Sequence record: SRR31156797_613
Direction: 5' to 3' (one strand)
DNA length: 64,000 nt
Shown: positions 30,144-40,516 of the stretch, in pieces
Layout of the letters: every line of letters begins with the position of its first letter
How positions within the stretch are numbered: position 1 is the first letter of the stretch
Notes under the pieces: generated by a model
Databases searched by the model: none
Told to the model about the DNA's origin: nothing
Seen by the model: the letters and a program-made list of their open reading frames with translations, nothing else
Program-made: the position numbers and the translations under genes

Positions 30144-30899
30144 ATGAATTTATTAAGACTAGAAAACATATCAAAAACATATGGTTCAAAAAAGAATAAA
30201 AAATATGAAGCACTGCGGAATATTTCATTCGAAGTTGAAAAAGGTGACTTCATCGGTATCATGGGCTCCTCGGGCTCTGGTAAAACAACACTGTTAAACA
30301 TTATTGGCAGTATCGACGTGCCTACATCAGGCAATGTACTTATCAATGGTAATAATATTTCTAAGCTAAATAAAAAGCAGCTGGCTAAACACAGAAGAGA
30401 TAATATTGGATTTGTCTTTCAGGATTTTAACCTTTTAGATTCTATGACAATAGAGGAAAACATTGTCCTGCCACTTGCATTATCAGGTGCTAATCCAAAA
30501 GACATTGAAAAAAAATTGATGGAACTTGTAACTGATTTGGGTGTTGATAAAATACTAAACAAATACCCTTATGAAGTATCTGGTGGTGAAAAGCAGAGAG
30601 CTAGTGCATGCAGAGCACTAATTACTAATCCAAGCATTATCCTAGCAGATGAACCAACTGGTAATCTGGATACAACATCTGGTAAACAGGTGCTAAATCT
30701 ATTAGAACACATAAATAAGCAATATAACACAACAATACTTATGGTTACTCACGACGTATTTGCTGCAAGCTATTGTCACAATATACTGTTTATTAAGGAT
30801 GGTGTAATCTATAACCGTCTGCATTCAGAGGGCAGCAGGCAGAATTTCTTTGACTCAATACTTCACGTAATGAGTGTACTTGGGGGTATGGAAAAATGA
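30144..30899 (+). CDS. BceA-like ABC transporter ATPase
   Basis: GSSGSGKT, VSGGEKQR, ADEPTG, VTHD.FAASY. Confidence 0.92.
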   Translation: MNLLRLENISKTYGSKKNKKYEALRNISFEVEKGDFIGIMGSSGSGKTTLLNIIGSIDVPTSGNVLINGNNISKLNKKQLAKHRRDNIGFVFQDFNLLDSMTIEENIVLPLALSGANPKDIEKKLMELVTDLGVDKILNKYPYEVSGGEKQRASACRALITNPSIILADEPTGNLDTTSGKQVLNLLEHINKQYNTTILMVTHDVFAASYCHNILFIKDGVIYNRLHSEGSRQNFFDSILHVMSVLGGMEK

Positions 30900-32869
30900 A
30901 AATAATTACCCTTGCAATATCCAACATCAAGCACAATTTACGAAACTATGCAATGTATTTTTTTGCTATGTGCTTTTGTGTGTTTACAAGTTTTTCATTC
31001 GCTAATCTCACACTGTCTGAAACAGTATATAATCATGTACTGCATAGTCAAAAGTATCAAAACATTTTTGTAGGTTTCGGAATTACCATAATGGTATTTG
31101 TTGTGTTTTTCCTGATAAGCTCTAATAATTCTTTCATAAGATTTAGAAAAAAGGAAATATCTACTTATGCGCTCTTTGGTATGGAAAATAATCGAATAGG
31201 ACTACTTCTATTTACAGAAACAATGATAATAGGTATTGCAGCCCTTATAATAGGTATCGCAATAGGTGTATTCTTTTCCAAGCTGTTGTCTATGATTCTG
31301 CTAAAGATGCTAGTTGCTGACTTTGCCAAAGTAACTTTTAATATTGAGTTAAAAGCACTATTAATAACATCAGCAATATACATTGTTATCTTTTGTATAA
31401 TGGGCTTATCAGGACTGCGTACAATCAATAAATTTCAGCTGATAGATTTATTTAAGGGCGAAAAGGTTGCTGAAAAACGTACAAAAGGCTCATTTATCAT
31501 GCTGATTATTTCATTGGGGCTGATAATACTAGGCTATAAACTAGCTATAGCTGACAATGGTTTTGATGTAATGAAATTTATGCTCTTGGTAATCGTAGTG
31601 GTAGTAGTTGGTACATATCTGTTTTATATTGGCGGTGTACAAAAGCTGCTGTACCTACTGAAAAAGAATAAAAGATATTTCTACAAAAAATCACGATTAA
31701 TATCTGTCTCCATGCTGTCACACAAAACCAGAACAATGGCATCTACTATGGGTACAATTGCTGTACTGATAGCAGCATCCACTACAGCAATGGCTTTTGG
31801 GTATACTCTTTATCAAAGTGCAGAAAGCAATGCAAAAGAAGTATCTCATTTTGATGTATGGTACTATGCTGACAATGAAAAGCTGGAACAAAAAATTTAT
31901 GATACACTAAGTGAACATGACAACAAGGCAGTTGACATTGTCAAATTCCAGCGTTACGTATCTACACCAGAGGACGATAATATTCTGGAAGGTTACTCAA
32001 ATTACTTTACTGATATTGCAGAGTACAGTATGACTTACAGTGAAAGTACCTTTAATAGTCTTGTCGCTGTATCTCAGGATTCCAATACTCCTATATCAGT
32101 TGAAAAGGGTGAGCTTATGGTACTGTATCCAAATTATCTACAGGATTTTAATTTTGTTACTGGTACAGTAAAGTACGGAGATAACATATTTAATATAACT
32201 TTTAATGACGTATACAATCCATATAATTACGGAACTTATTTAACTATTGTACTAAATGATGAAGATTTCGATGAATTACTGGAAGAAAGCTATATTAAGG
32301 ATAATATTGATGGTGAGGTTCTATACCCATTCGTAGGGATAAATTATGAGAATTCACTTAATGAAAAGCACTTAGCTAAAGATTTAACCACATTAATCGC
32401 AAACAGTGCAAATGTGGGAAAATATCGGATAATGTACAATAACTATATTGAAAGTATGGAAATATTCGGGCTTATATGCTTTATAGGTTATTTCATCTGC
32501 GGAGTATTTATTCTAATGAGCGTCAGCCTCTTGTACTTCAAACAGGTAGCCATCGGCACAGAGGAAAGCAGTCAATATATTATGCTTAGAAAAATAGGTA
32601 TGGATAGTGAAGAAGAAAAAAGTGTAATAAGGAAAAGAATAGCACCCGTATTCTTTATTCCATTATTTATGGGACTAATCCACTCAATATTTGCTATGAA
32701 GGGTGCAGATACGATGATATTCTCCAATATCATTAGAACTCAAGGCTCAACTTATCTTGAAGTGCTGAAAATCTCATTTGTAATGTATTTAATTTATACA
32801 TTAGCCTACTATGTATTCTATTTAATTACTAAATATCAATACTCAAGAGTAGTGTCACATAGACAATAA
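30896..32869 (+). CDS. BceB-like FtsX-family permease
   Basis: RKKEI..Y...GM, ~10 TMs with a large extracellular loop, Y..LRKIG. Confidence 0.9.
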   Translation: MKIITLAISNIKHNLRNYAMYFFAMCFCVFTSFSFANLTLSETVYNHVLHSQKYQNIFVGFGITIMVFVVFFLISSNNSFIRFRKKEISTYALFGMENNRIGLLLFTETMIIGIAALIIGIAIGVFFSKLLSMILLKMLVADFAKVTFNIELKALLITSAIYIVIFCIMGLSGLRTINKFQLIDLFKGEKVAEKRTKGSFIMLIISLGLIILGYKLAIADNGFDVMKFMLLVIVVVVVGTYLFYIGGVQKLLYLLKKNKRYFYKKSRLISVSMLSHKTRTMASTMGTIAVLIAASTTAMAFGYTLYQSAESNAKEVSHFDVWYYADNEKLEQKIYDTLSEHDNKAVDIVKFQRYVSTPEDDNILEGYSNYFTDIAEYSMTYSESTFNSLVAVSQDSNTPISVEKGELMVLYPNYLQDFNFVTGTVKYGDNIFNITFNDVYNPYNYGTYLTIVLNDEDFDELLEESYIKDNIDGEVLYPFVGINYENSLNEKHLAKDLTTLIANSANVGKYRIMYNNYIESMEIFGLICFIGYFICGVFILMSVSLLYFKQVAIGTEESSQYIMLRKIGMDSEEEKSVIRKRIAPVFFIPLFMGLIHSIFAMKGADTMIFSNIIRTQGSTYLEVLKISFVMYLIYTLAYYVFYLITKYQYSRVVSHRQ

Positions 32870-32878
32870 AATATTTGA

Positions 32879-32914
32879 TAAAGGATTAAGCAATTATGTT
32901 TAATCCTTTATTTT
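32879..32914. terminator. Intrinsic terminator
   Basis: TAAAGGATTAAGCA / TGTTTAATCCTTTA stem followed by TTTT. Confidence 0.7.
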
Positions 32915-32922
32915 AAAAGAAT

Positions 32923-33347
32923 TATAATAATTTTTTACTTGCTTTTCTATCAATCGCTTTACCTTTGAAGTGGGTAAAGGTGCACCGAAATTAATTACTT
33001 ATCTTTAATAACGAATTCATTTCTCATTCCCCATTCCATAATATTTTTGCGTTCTGATACATCAATTGTATCTAATACTACTCTGTCCCAAATTCTGCAA
33101 TTACTCGTTTAACTCTTTCATACACAATATTTCTACCAGGACAATATCCATTTAATAAAAATGTTATTGTAACTTCACTCGGATTAGTATTCTTTTTAGG
33201 TTTCTTTGAAGCCATTCTTGATAAACATGAGCACAGGTTAGTTTCACTAATATCAAATGGATTTGTTAATAGTATAATGTCAGAAAAAGAATATTCATCC
33301 TTGCTAAAGGCATTCATTAAGCCAAATATCAGCTCACTGTCCTTCAT
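32923..33347 (-). pseudogene. Chimeric pseudogene: PaaX-like HTH N-terminus joined to a frameshifted thioredoxin-like C-terminal domain (as in some GNAT proteins)
   Basis: PFDISETNL.S.LSRM then VTITFLLNGYCPG; continues via frameshifts as DRVVLDTIDVSERKNIMEWG and INFGAPLPTSKVKRLIEKQVK. Confidence 0.55.
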
Positions 33348-33429
33348 TTTGTGTTCAGTATCTATCGTAATAATTCCATAATAGATTAAATTGACTTATA
33401 CCTCAAGTCACAATCTATAGTCATACCTT

Positions 33430-33889
33430 TTATGTACCATCATTTGTTCTAACTTTTAGCGTCTTAAACATAATTGCAGTCAAAAGTCCAGATATTATAA
33501 AGCTTATTAATGATACAATTAGCTGAGTAAGAACCAAATCCAGAGGATAAACAATCAGCATAAATTGATTAAATGCCTCAGATACAGATTTTACTATCCA
33601 GATTATCAAACCAAATATTTACCCAACGCAAAATATCCTCTTGGGTAACCTTTTATATATAAATAACCAAAAAATAAGTAAAACTATGATATAGAATATG
33701 CTAAATAATGCATTTATTCCTCCCCTGCTCGTTACGGCTCCAAATTCACTCATCGGTTTGATAGATAGATAGTTTTCATATACCTTATATATAAATAGGA
33801 TTATTATAGAGTAAATTTCCAACTATCATGTGTAGAACCAACATTAGAATAGTCCATAATACTAATCGCCTCTTATTAATTTTTTCCAT
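33430..33889 (-). pseudogene. Small multi-TM membrane protein pseudogene
   Basis: GGAGA RBS + MEKINKRRLVLWTILMLVLHMIVGNLLYNNPI, one frameshift, in-frame TAA at 33619-33621, then IFGLIIWIVKSVSEAFNQF... to stop at 33430. Confidence 0.65.
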
Positions 33890-34154
33890 ATTAAATCTCC
33901 TTTAGCATATTAGTCAATACTCATATAACGTTATATTGCATTGCATTTATTATAATATTATATTTATGACTATAATTCTATATTTTGTTAGCATATATAT
34001 TTTTTGCTAAATATTAATTATTATAATTCAATATTTCTTATATTTTTCTTGATATAAACGAATTATTAATCAAAGGTTATTGACATTATAGTTGCTCTAA
34101 GGTGTAGTATGCTCTTCAGATAAAAAAATTAGCAAATACGTTGGAGGTTATAAC

Positions 34155-35432
34155 ATGAAAGCAAAAACTATAATTGGAATTGTACTAGTAGTAGTAATAG
34201 GACTGGTACTGACAGGTCTATATCTGGAAGATAAAAATAATTCAACAGGTGATGAATATATCAATGAAAACATAGAACTAGTTGAAGTTGAATTAGGCGA
34301 CATTAGCAATAGCTTGAAAATCAAGGGGGAAATTTATGGAGAAAAATCCGAATTCATCGAACTAGACTCTGATATTAAAGTAATCCATATTTTAATTAAA
34401 GACGGCAGCTTAATCAGCAAGGGTGATTCACTATTTACTGTGGATATCGATGCTGTAAATAGCAATTTGAAAACATATACTGCTAAACTAAATGAAAAGC
34501 TAAAAGAATACTCAAAAATCAAAGAAAAATACACAAGAATAGATGTACTAGCAAAAAATGACGGTACTATCGTCCTTAATAATCTAGAAAAAGGCAAGAA
34601 AACAGATGAAATACTTAAAACTGGTAACTTGCTTGAGATAGAAGAAAATGACGAAAAAAATATTTATAGCTTCGAATATGCAGACGCAACTATTCAGAGT
34701 ATCGGCTCAAAAACAAAGTATGGAGAAAAGGTCAAAAAGGGTTCTGTACTATTCAGCTTAAAGATAAAGGATAGCTCAATAAAGACCAAGGAAAAAGAAA
34801 TTGAAGAAATTGAAAAGACTATTGAGTGTTTAATAAACCTTAAACAAAATTCTCAATATCTTGCAGATGAAAATGGTGTAATAAAAGAAATACTAATATC
34901 AGAAAATACATCCTATAATTCAAAGACAAATCTTATTGAGTATATTCCATTTGATAAAATCTGCGTAAGAATACAAGTAAGCAAAAAGGATATATCTAAA
35001 TTTTCAAATGGATTAAGCAGCACTATTACACTAGCAAATGGTGAAACGGTCACCTCCAGCGTAACGAATATTGATTATATTGCGAATGAAAGCGAAAAAT
35101 ACAATGTCTTGCTTGATTTAGATTTAAACAATCAGCTTGTTAAAGACGTAATATATATTGGAAGTGAAGCTACAGTTAATGTTGAATTCAGTAAAGTAAG
35201 TGATGCAATTATTGTTCCAGCAAATGCAATAGGTGAAGATAGTACTGGTGATTATGTTACAGCATATACTGGTAATATTGATGAAATTAATACATATACT
35301 GTAGAAACCATTCCTACTCAAAAAATATATGTAGAAAAGGGTATTATTACATCAACAAAGTCAGAAGTCATCAGTGGTTTATCCGGAAGCGAACATATAA
35401 TCATTGTTAAAGAAAATTCTGAAATAAACTAG
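34155..35432 (+). CDS. Membrane fusion/periplasmic adaptor-like subunit (YknX/MacA-like)
   Basis: N-terminal TM, KDG..I.KGD.LF lipoyl-like half, coiled coil, IIVPANAI, EVISGL. Confidence 0.8.
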   Translation: MKAKTIIGIVLVVVIGLVLTGLYLEDKNNSTGDEYINENIELVEVELGDISNSLKIKGEIYGEKSEFIELDSDIKVIHILIKDGSLISKGDSLFTVDIDAVNSNLKTYTAKLNEKLKEYSKIKEKYTRIDVLAKNDGTIVLNNLEKGKKTDEILKTGNLLEIEENDEKNIYSFEYADATIQSIGSKTKYGEKVKKGSVLFSLKIKDSSIKTKEKEIEEIEKTIECLINLKQNSQYLADENGVIKEILISENTSYNSKTNLIEYIPFDKICVRIQVSKKDISKFSNGLSSTITLANGETVTSSVTNIDYIANESEKYNVLLDLDLNNQLVKDVIYIGSEATVNVEFSKVSDAIIVPANAIGEDSTGDYVTAYTGNIDEINTYTVETIPTQKIYVEKGIITSTKSEVISGLSGSEHIIIVKENSEIN

Positions 35433-35441
35433 GTGGAGATT

Positions 35442-36125
35442 ATGGAAAACTTAATTAATATTATTGATATTCATAAAGAATACAGAATGTCAGATATAGT
35501 TGTTAATGCTTTAAATGGTGTAACTCTAGAAGTGGAAAAAGGAGAATTCATATCTCTCACAGGAGCTTCAGGAAGTGGAAAATCAACGCTAATGAATATT
35601 CTGGGCTGTTTAGATGTACCTACAAGCGGTAAGTATTATCTAAACGGAAGAGATATTTCAAGTGAAAGCGATGATACCCTAGCGGAAATAAGAAACAGAA
35701 ATATTGGATTTGTATTTCAGGACTTCAATCTAATCTCTACTATGTCTGCTATAGAGAATGTTGCATTACCCTATAAATATGCAAATATGTCATCCAAGGA
35801 ATGTATGGAGCAAGCTGAAACAGCACTTTCGAAAGTTGGTCTGGGAGACAGACTGCATCACAAGCCTTTCGAGATGTCCGGCGGACAGCAGCAGAGAGTC
35901 GCATTTGCCAGAGCAATGCTTAGTAAGCCTCCTATACTATTTGCAGACGAACCAACAGGAAACTTAGACAGCAAAACCACACTGGAAATTCTTGATTTAA
36001 TATGTGAGCTGAACAATTCCGGTACTACAGTTGTAATGGTAACTCACGAAAGGGATGTTGCAGAAATCGCCAAAAGGGAAATCGTGCTAATTGACGGCAG
36101 GATAAAGGAGGATATAAGAAGATGA
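35442..36125 (+). CDS. ABC ATPase (YknY/MacB-type)
   Basis: GASGSGKST, MSGGQQQR, ADEPTGNLD. Confidence 0.92.
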   Translation: MENLINIIDIHKEYRMSDIVVNALNGVTLEVEKGEFISLTGASGSGKSTLMNILGCLDVPTSGKYYLNGRDISSESDDTLAEIRNRNIGFVFQDFNLISTMSAIENVALPYKYANMSSKECMEQAETALSKVGLGDRLHHKPFEMSGGQQQRVAFARAMLSKPPILFADEPTGNLDSKTTLEILDLICELNNSGTTVVMVTHERDVAEIAKREIVLIDGRIKEDIRR

Positions 36126-37282
36126 AAATGAGAGAATTAATAAAGTCAGCATTATCTTCCATTTGGTCAAGAAAAGTTCGCTCATTCCTAACCAGCTTAG
36201 GAGTAATAATAGGTGTATTTGCAATATCTGCACTTCTGTCTGTTGGACAAGCAAGCGTAAAAACACTGCAAAGCGAAATGAGTGAATTAAACGGTGATGT
36301 TATCGAGCTGAGTTTGTTTAATGAGAGTAATAAATTGACTCTGAATGAGATTAAGAAAATAAATGAAAACGAGTACATTGATGCAATATGTCCTATAGGA
36401 AAGTCAATAACCAAAGTAGAAAATGGTGAAATAAACTTTGATGTCTATTTAATTGCTACCGATTCATCTTTTTTAGAGGTCAAGACTATTAACGTTTCAA
36501 AAGGCAGGTTTTTATCAGAAATTGACTCCGTAAATGAAACAAAATCTGCTGTACTTGGGTTATCAGCATGTATGCGATTATTTGGAACAACAGATGCTGT
36601 AGGTGAGAAATTCTTTATTGATAATATTGAATTTACTGTTATTGGCGTGATGGAGCAGGCAAAAGAATCGTTTTTTGGCAATCCTAATGAGGAAATATAT
36701 ATTACAACACAAATTGGCAAATCATACTTTGGTATTAACAGCGTAGGTTCAGCTATTATTATGCCCACTGAAGGACATAATGAACGAGCTGAAAACTATT
36801 TAAAAAAGACAATGAAAGACAAGTATAAATCTTCTGAAAGCTATTACATAATGTCAAATGAAGAAATTCAGTCTTTTATGAAAACGACAAATAAACTATT
36901 AATGTCTCTGCTTGGCGGTATAGGCGGTATATCGCTTCTTGTTTCTGGTATTGGCATAATGAATATTATGCTGGTATCAGTCCGTGAAAGAACTAAAGAA
37001 ATAGGCATTCGAAAAGCTATAGGTGCAAAGCGAAAAGATATATTATCTCAATTCCTGATAGAAGCAATGGTGCTTTCACTAATTGGCGGTGTAATCGGAA
37101 TTGCCTTAACATTCCTAGTAATCCCTATTATTGGTGAATTAATGAATACCAGTATTACGGTTACATTCTCAATAGTTTTACTATCAACAATGTTCTCTCT
37201 TTTAGTTGGAGTAGGTTTCGGTATCTATCCAGCAGTCAGGGCAAGTAAACTGCGTCCGGTTGAAGCACTGCACTACCAATAG
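36122..37282 (+). CDS. MacB/YknZ-type ABC permease
   Basis: RSFLT.LGVIIGV, GIGIMNIMLVSV.ERTKEIGIRKAIGA, YPA.RASKL.PVEAL. Confidence 0.92.
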   Translation: MKMRELIKSALSSIWSRKVRSFLTSLGVIIGVFAISALLSVGQASVKTLQSEMSELNGDVIELSLFNESNKLTLNEIKKINENEYIDAICPIGKSITKVENGEINFDVYLIATDSSFLEVKTINVSKGRFLSEIDSVNETKSAVLGLSACMRLFGTTDAVGEKFFIDNIEFTVIGVMEQAKESFFGNPNEEIYITTQIGKSYFGINSVGSAIIMPTEGHNERAENYLKKTMKDKYKSSESYYIMSNEEIQSFMKTTNKLLMSLLGGIGGISLLVSGIGIMNIMLVSVRERTKEIGIRKAIGAKRKDILSQFLIEAMVLSLIGGVIGIALTFLVIPIIGELMNTSITVTFSIVLLSTMFSLLVGVGFGIYPAVRASKLRPVEALHYQ

Positions 37283-37304
37283 ATTGAAATATTAAACTTT
37301 TTTA

Positions 37305-37354
37305 TAATACGGATTATAGGTTATGATTCAGAATCGCCTGTAATCCGTATATTA
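37305..37354 (+). terminator. Probable terminator
   Basis: ATACGGATTATAGGT / GCCTGTAATCCGTAT stem. Confidence 0.6.
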
Positions 37355-37465
37355 TTATGATTATCCTGTTATCTTATTAAGTACATATTTTCAATCATTT
37401 TATACAAATTTTCTAATAACAAACACTCATTTCAGTAAATATCTGTAATTAATTAATAATAATAC

Positions 37466-37517
37466 TTGACATTATCGCGAGAATAGTTTACGCTATTAAT
37501 GCGAGAATGCATTACGC
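37466..37517 (+). promoter_or_regulatory. Promoter with two tandem operators for BlaI-like repressor 1
   Basis: TTGACA-17-TACGCT; GCGAGAATagtTTACGC (37477-37493) and GCGAGAATgcaTTACGC (37501-37517). Confidence 0.75.
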
Positions 37518-37537
37518 AATAAATTAAGGAGTATATA

Positions 37538-37915
37538 ATGAGCGAATATATAAAACTATCACCACAGGATAGATCTGTACTTAACGTTCTGTGGGAAAAC
37601 GGTAAGATGACAAATACAGAAATACTAAATAAATTAGGTGCAGACTGGACACGGCATACAGTACGAGCTTATCTGTTAAGGCTAATTGAAAAAAAATTGG
37701 TCGATGTAGAAAAAGTAAGTAAAAAGCTGCAGTACTATTACTCTTTAGTTACTAAAGAAGAATTTTTGGCAAGCGAAACATCAGCTTATCTAAATGAAAG
37801 ATACGATAGTCTGGCTCATATGGTCGCAGGTCTAGCCCTAGGGAAACAAGTCACTGATAAAGAACTAGATGAATTAGAAAAATTCCTTCATAAGTTCAAA
37901 GGAACGGATAAATAG
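37538..37915 (+). CDS. BlaI/MecI/CopY family repressor
   Basis: LS..D..VL.VLW, W.RHTV...L.RL.EK, ELDELE. Confidence 0.9.
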   Translation: MSEYIKLSPQDRSVLNVLWENGKMTNTEILNKLGADWTRHTVRAYLLRLIEKKLVDVEKVSKKLQYYYSLVTKEEFLASETSAYLNERYDSLAHMVAGLALGKQVTDKELDELEKFLHKFKGTDK

Positions 37916-37916
37916 T

Positions 37917-40421
37917 ATGGAAACATTGATTAAAAGCATAATTGAAATAAGTATATATTCATCATTCATGATAATACTTGTATTACTTATAAGGGCTATC
38001 TGGCAGACAAAAGTAGATTTAAAAATAATTTTTGTTTTATGGATATTGGTATTAGCTAGATTAGTACTGCCATTTACAATCGATTCTCCCATGCATTTTG
38101 ATAAGATATTTCCAAATGCAGAAAAAGTCTCGACTGTAAATTCAGCAGAAAACTACACCAATGGATTAGATTCAGATAATAGCAATATTGAAGAAATAAA
38201 TTTAGCAGAAGATTATTTACCAAGTAATAATGCACCAGAACTAACCATCAATACAACTACGCAGACACAAAGTAACCCAAGCTATATAGATAAAGCTATC
38301 AAATACATTGAGCAAATCAGCATATGGACATATTTGTTTGTTATTTGGTTCGTAGGCTTTGTAGTATTCCTATTCATCAATCTGTATAGTGTGTTTGAAT
38401 TCTATTGCAGAGTCAGCACATGCAAGCAAATTGAATCAGGTGTTATAACAAAGATACTATTAGATAACAAAGCAAAAATTGATCTTACTAAAAGCATTAA
38501 GATAATCAGATGTAAATATGTTGGAATGCCTGTAACATTTGGCTGGATAAAACCAAAGATACTCATCCCTCATGGATTTGAGATGCGAATAAGCGAAGAT
38601 AAGCTTAGACTTGTGCTTCTGCATGAACTCTATCATATCAAGAGAAACGATATATTAAAAAACTATTTATGGCTGTTTGCAAAGGTACTGCATTGGTTCA
38701 ATCCACTTGTCTGGATAGCCTACAAAGAGTATTTAGACGATATTGAATTCGCAGTTGACAACACCATAATTAGAAACAGTAATAAGTACATTGCAAAAGA
38801 ATACTCACAAAGCATAATAGATGTAATCAGAATATCTAACAGAATGTGCAATGTACCCCTTGCCCTGTCGTTCTGCAAGGACAAGAATAAATTAAGAAAG
38901 CGAGTAGAAAATATGATAAAACCAAAGAAAAATCAATTTACAGCTGGTATTATAACTGTCATATTATCTGTTATTATGACAATAGCATGCTTTACAACAG
39001 CATGTCAACCAACTCAAGCAAATTTAACCGAAAGAAACAGCAGCAATACAGAAGAATTACCAACCACTACTGAGCAAGCAAAAGATGAGAATTATACAAC
39101 AGAAGAAATTATAAGTGAAGTTACAGAGCAATTAGCAGAACCTGAAATTATAGTAGAAAATACTGCTGCTAATGAATCGGGATCAGTTACTATTAATACA
39201 TCTGCCATTGTTTATCTGCCCGATACAGAAAATATCCCTGTTGCAAGTATTGTTGAAGAGCCATGGACTCAAGACATGGTAGATAATATATTACATGCAT
39301 ATTTTGGCAAAGATGTAGAATATATTGAAGATGTCTTTACAAAAGCTGATATCATGAATACTATTGAAATAGTCAAAGAAAGTGCTACAAACCTAGATTC
39401 CGATATGGCACAGAGCAACGGCATTGATAATCTGGAAGATTTACAAAAAGAAGCTGATAGAGAAATAACTGAACTGGAAGCTATGTACTCAGATGCTCCT
39501 AGTGAAAACACAAAAGTTGATTCTTTCAATATAAGTAATGATACAGATCATTTATTTCTTCAGGTAGAAACAGGACAAGAATATCATGCAAATATTTTTT
39601 ATAATAATTCTGATGTATTTAAGCAGTTGTATATATTCAATTTCAATTCAGAATACAATTTAGAACACAGCATCTGTACTCAAACATCTACACCTATAGA
39701 GCTAGACTTCGACAACAGCGAGTTCCAATCTGCTAAAGCTACAGCACAAAAATTGATTGATGAAATTGGTATAGATGGTGTAAAACTAACTGAAGGCTTC
39801 CTATCCTTAGATCAGACGAATTTAATTGGACCTGATCAAGAATATGATGGTGTTGTATCAGATCAACAATTCTATGTATTCTTCTTTGATAGAGTAGTAA
39901 ATGATATGACAGTTGCATACACACAATATTTAGGTACGAGAAGTGAAGATGAAAACACAGATCCTCTGCCATATGAGAAGCTTTCAGTATGGATAAAGGG
40001 AAATGATGTAGTTCAATTCTACTGGATTTCACCTATGAAAATAGATACAATCATAACTGATAGTGCAGAAATTCAATACGATTATAATAGTATCATTAAT
40101 ATTGCAAATGAACAGTTAATAAATGAAAATGAAGATATGTGGTACAGTAAAGCTGATAGCATCAATATAGAAATTACAAAAATGGAATTAGTTCTAGCAC
40201 GGGTAAAAGACCCTAATACCAATACATATACAGTAACACCTGTTTGGGATATTTATGGTGATGTTATTGCAAATATACCAGAGGAAAATGTTGATGATAG
40301 AGTATTAAGAAAAACTGTCTTGGTAGATAATAACAACTATTTATTAAATGACAATTCGCTGCCATTACTAACAATTAATGCTATTGATAACACGATAGTT
40401 GATAGAGAACTTGGGTACTAA
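37917..40421 (+). CDS. BlaR1-like M56 metallopeptidase sensor with non-PBP extracellular domain
   Basis: LWILVLARLVLP, HELYH zinc motif, HWFNPLVW, LRKRV, TM then acidic ~470-aa ectodomain ending PVWD...LLTINAID...IVDRELGY. Confidence 0.88.
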   Translation: METLIKSIIEISIYSSFMIILVLLIRAIWQTKVDLKIIFVLWILVLARLVLPFTIDSPMHFDKIFPNAEKVSTVNSAENYTNGLDSDNSNIEEINLAEDYLPSNNAPELTINTTTQTQSNPSYIDKAIKYIEQISIWTYLFVIWFVGFVVFLFINLYSVFEFYCRVSTCKQIESGVITKILLDNKAKIDLTKSIKIIRCKYVGMPVTFGWIKPKILIPHGFEMRISEDKLRLVLLHELYHIKRNDILKNYLWLFAKVLHWFNPLVWIAYKEYLDDIEFAVDNTIIRNSNKYIAKEYSQSIIDVIRISNRMCNVPLALSFCKDKNKLRKRVENMIKPKKNQFTAGIITVILSVIMTIACFTTACQPTQANLTERNSSNTEELPTTTEQAKDENYTTEEIISEVTEQLAEPEIIVENTAANESGSVTINTSAIVYLPDTENIPVASIVEEPWTQDMVDNILHAYFGKDVEYIEDVFTKADIMNTIEIVKESATNLDSDMAQSNGIDNLEDLQKEADREITELEAMYSDAPSENTKVDSFNISNDTDHLFLQVETGQEYHANIFYNNSDVFKQLYIFNFNSEYNLEHSICTQTSTPIELDFDNSEFQSAKATAQKLIDEIGIDGVKLTEGFLSLDQTNLIGPDQEYDGVVSDQQFYVFFFDRVVNDMTVAYTQYLGTRSEDENTDPLPYEKLSVWIKGNDVVQFYWISPMKIDTIITDSAEIQYDYNSIINIANEQLINENEDMWYSKADSINIEITKMELVLARVKDPNTNTYTVTPVWDIYGDVIANIPEENVDDRVLRKTVLVDNNNYLLNDNSLPLLTINAIDNTIVDRELGY

Positions 40422-40481
40422 ATATCTTTGTAGTGTTTTGGATTGATTACTTTACGTTACCAATATAACTTACAAAATACG

Positions 40482-40511
40482 AAGGGCTGTCCAAGCAAAA
40501 GGACAGCCCTT
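40482..40511. terminator. Terminator between convergent genes
   Basis: AAGGGCTGTCC-8-GGACAGCCCTT perfect stem. Confidence 0.8.
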
Positions 40512-40516
40512 ATTTA

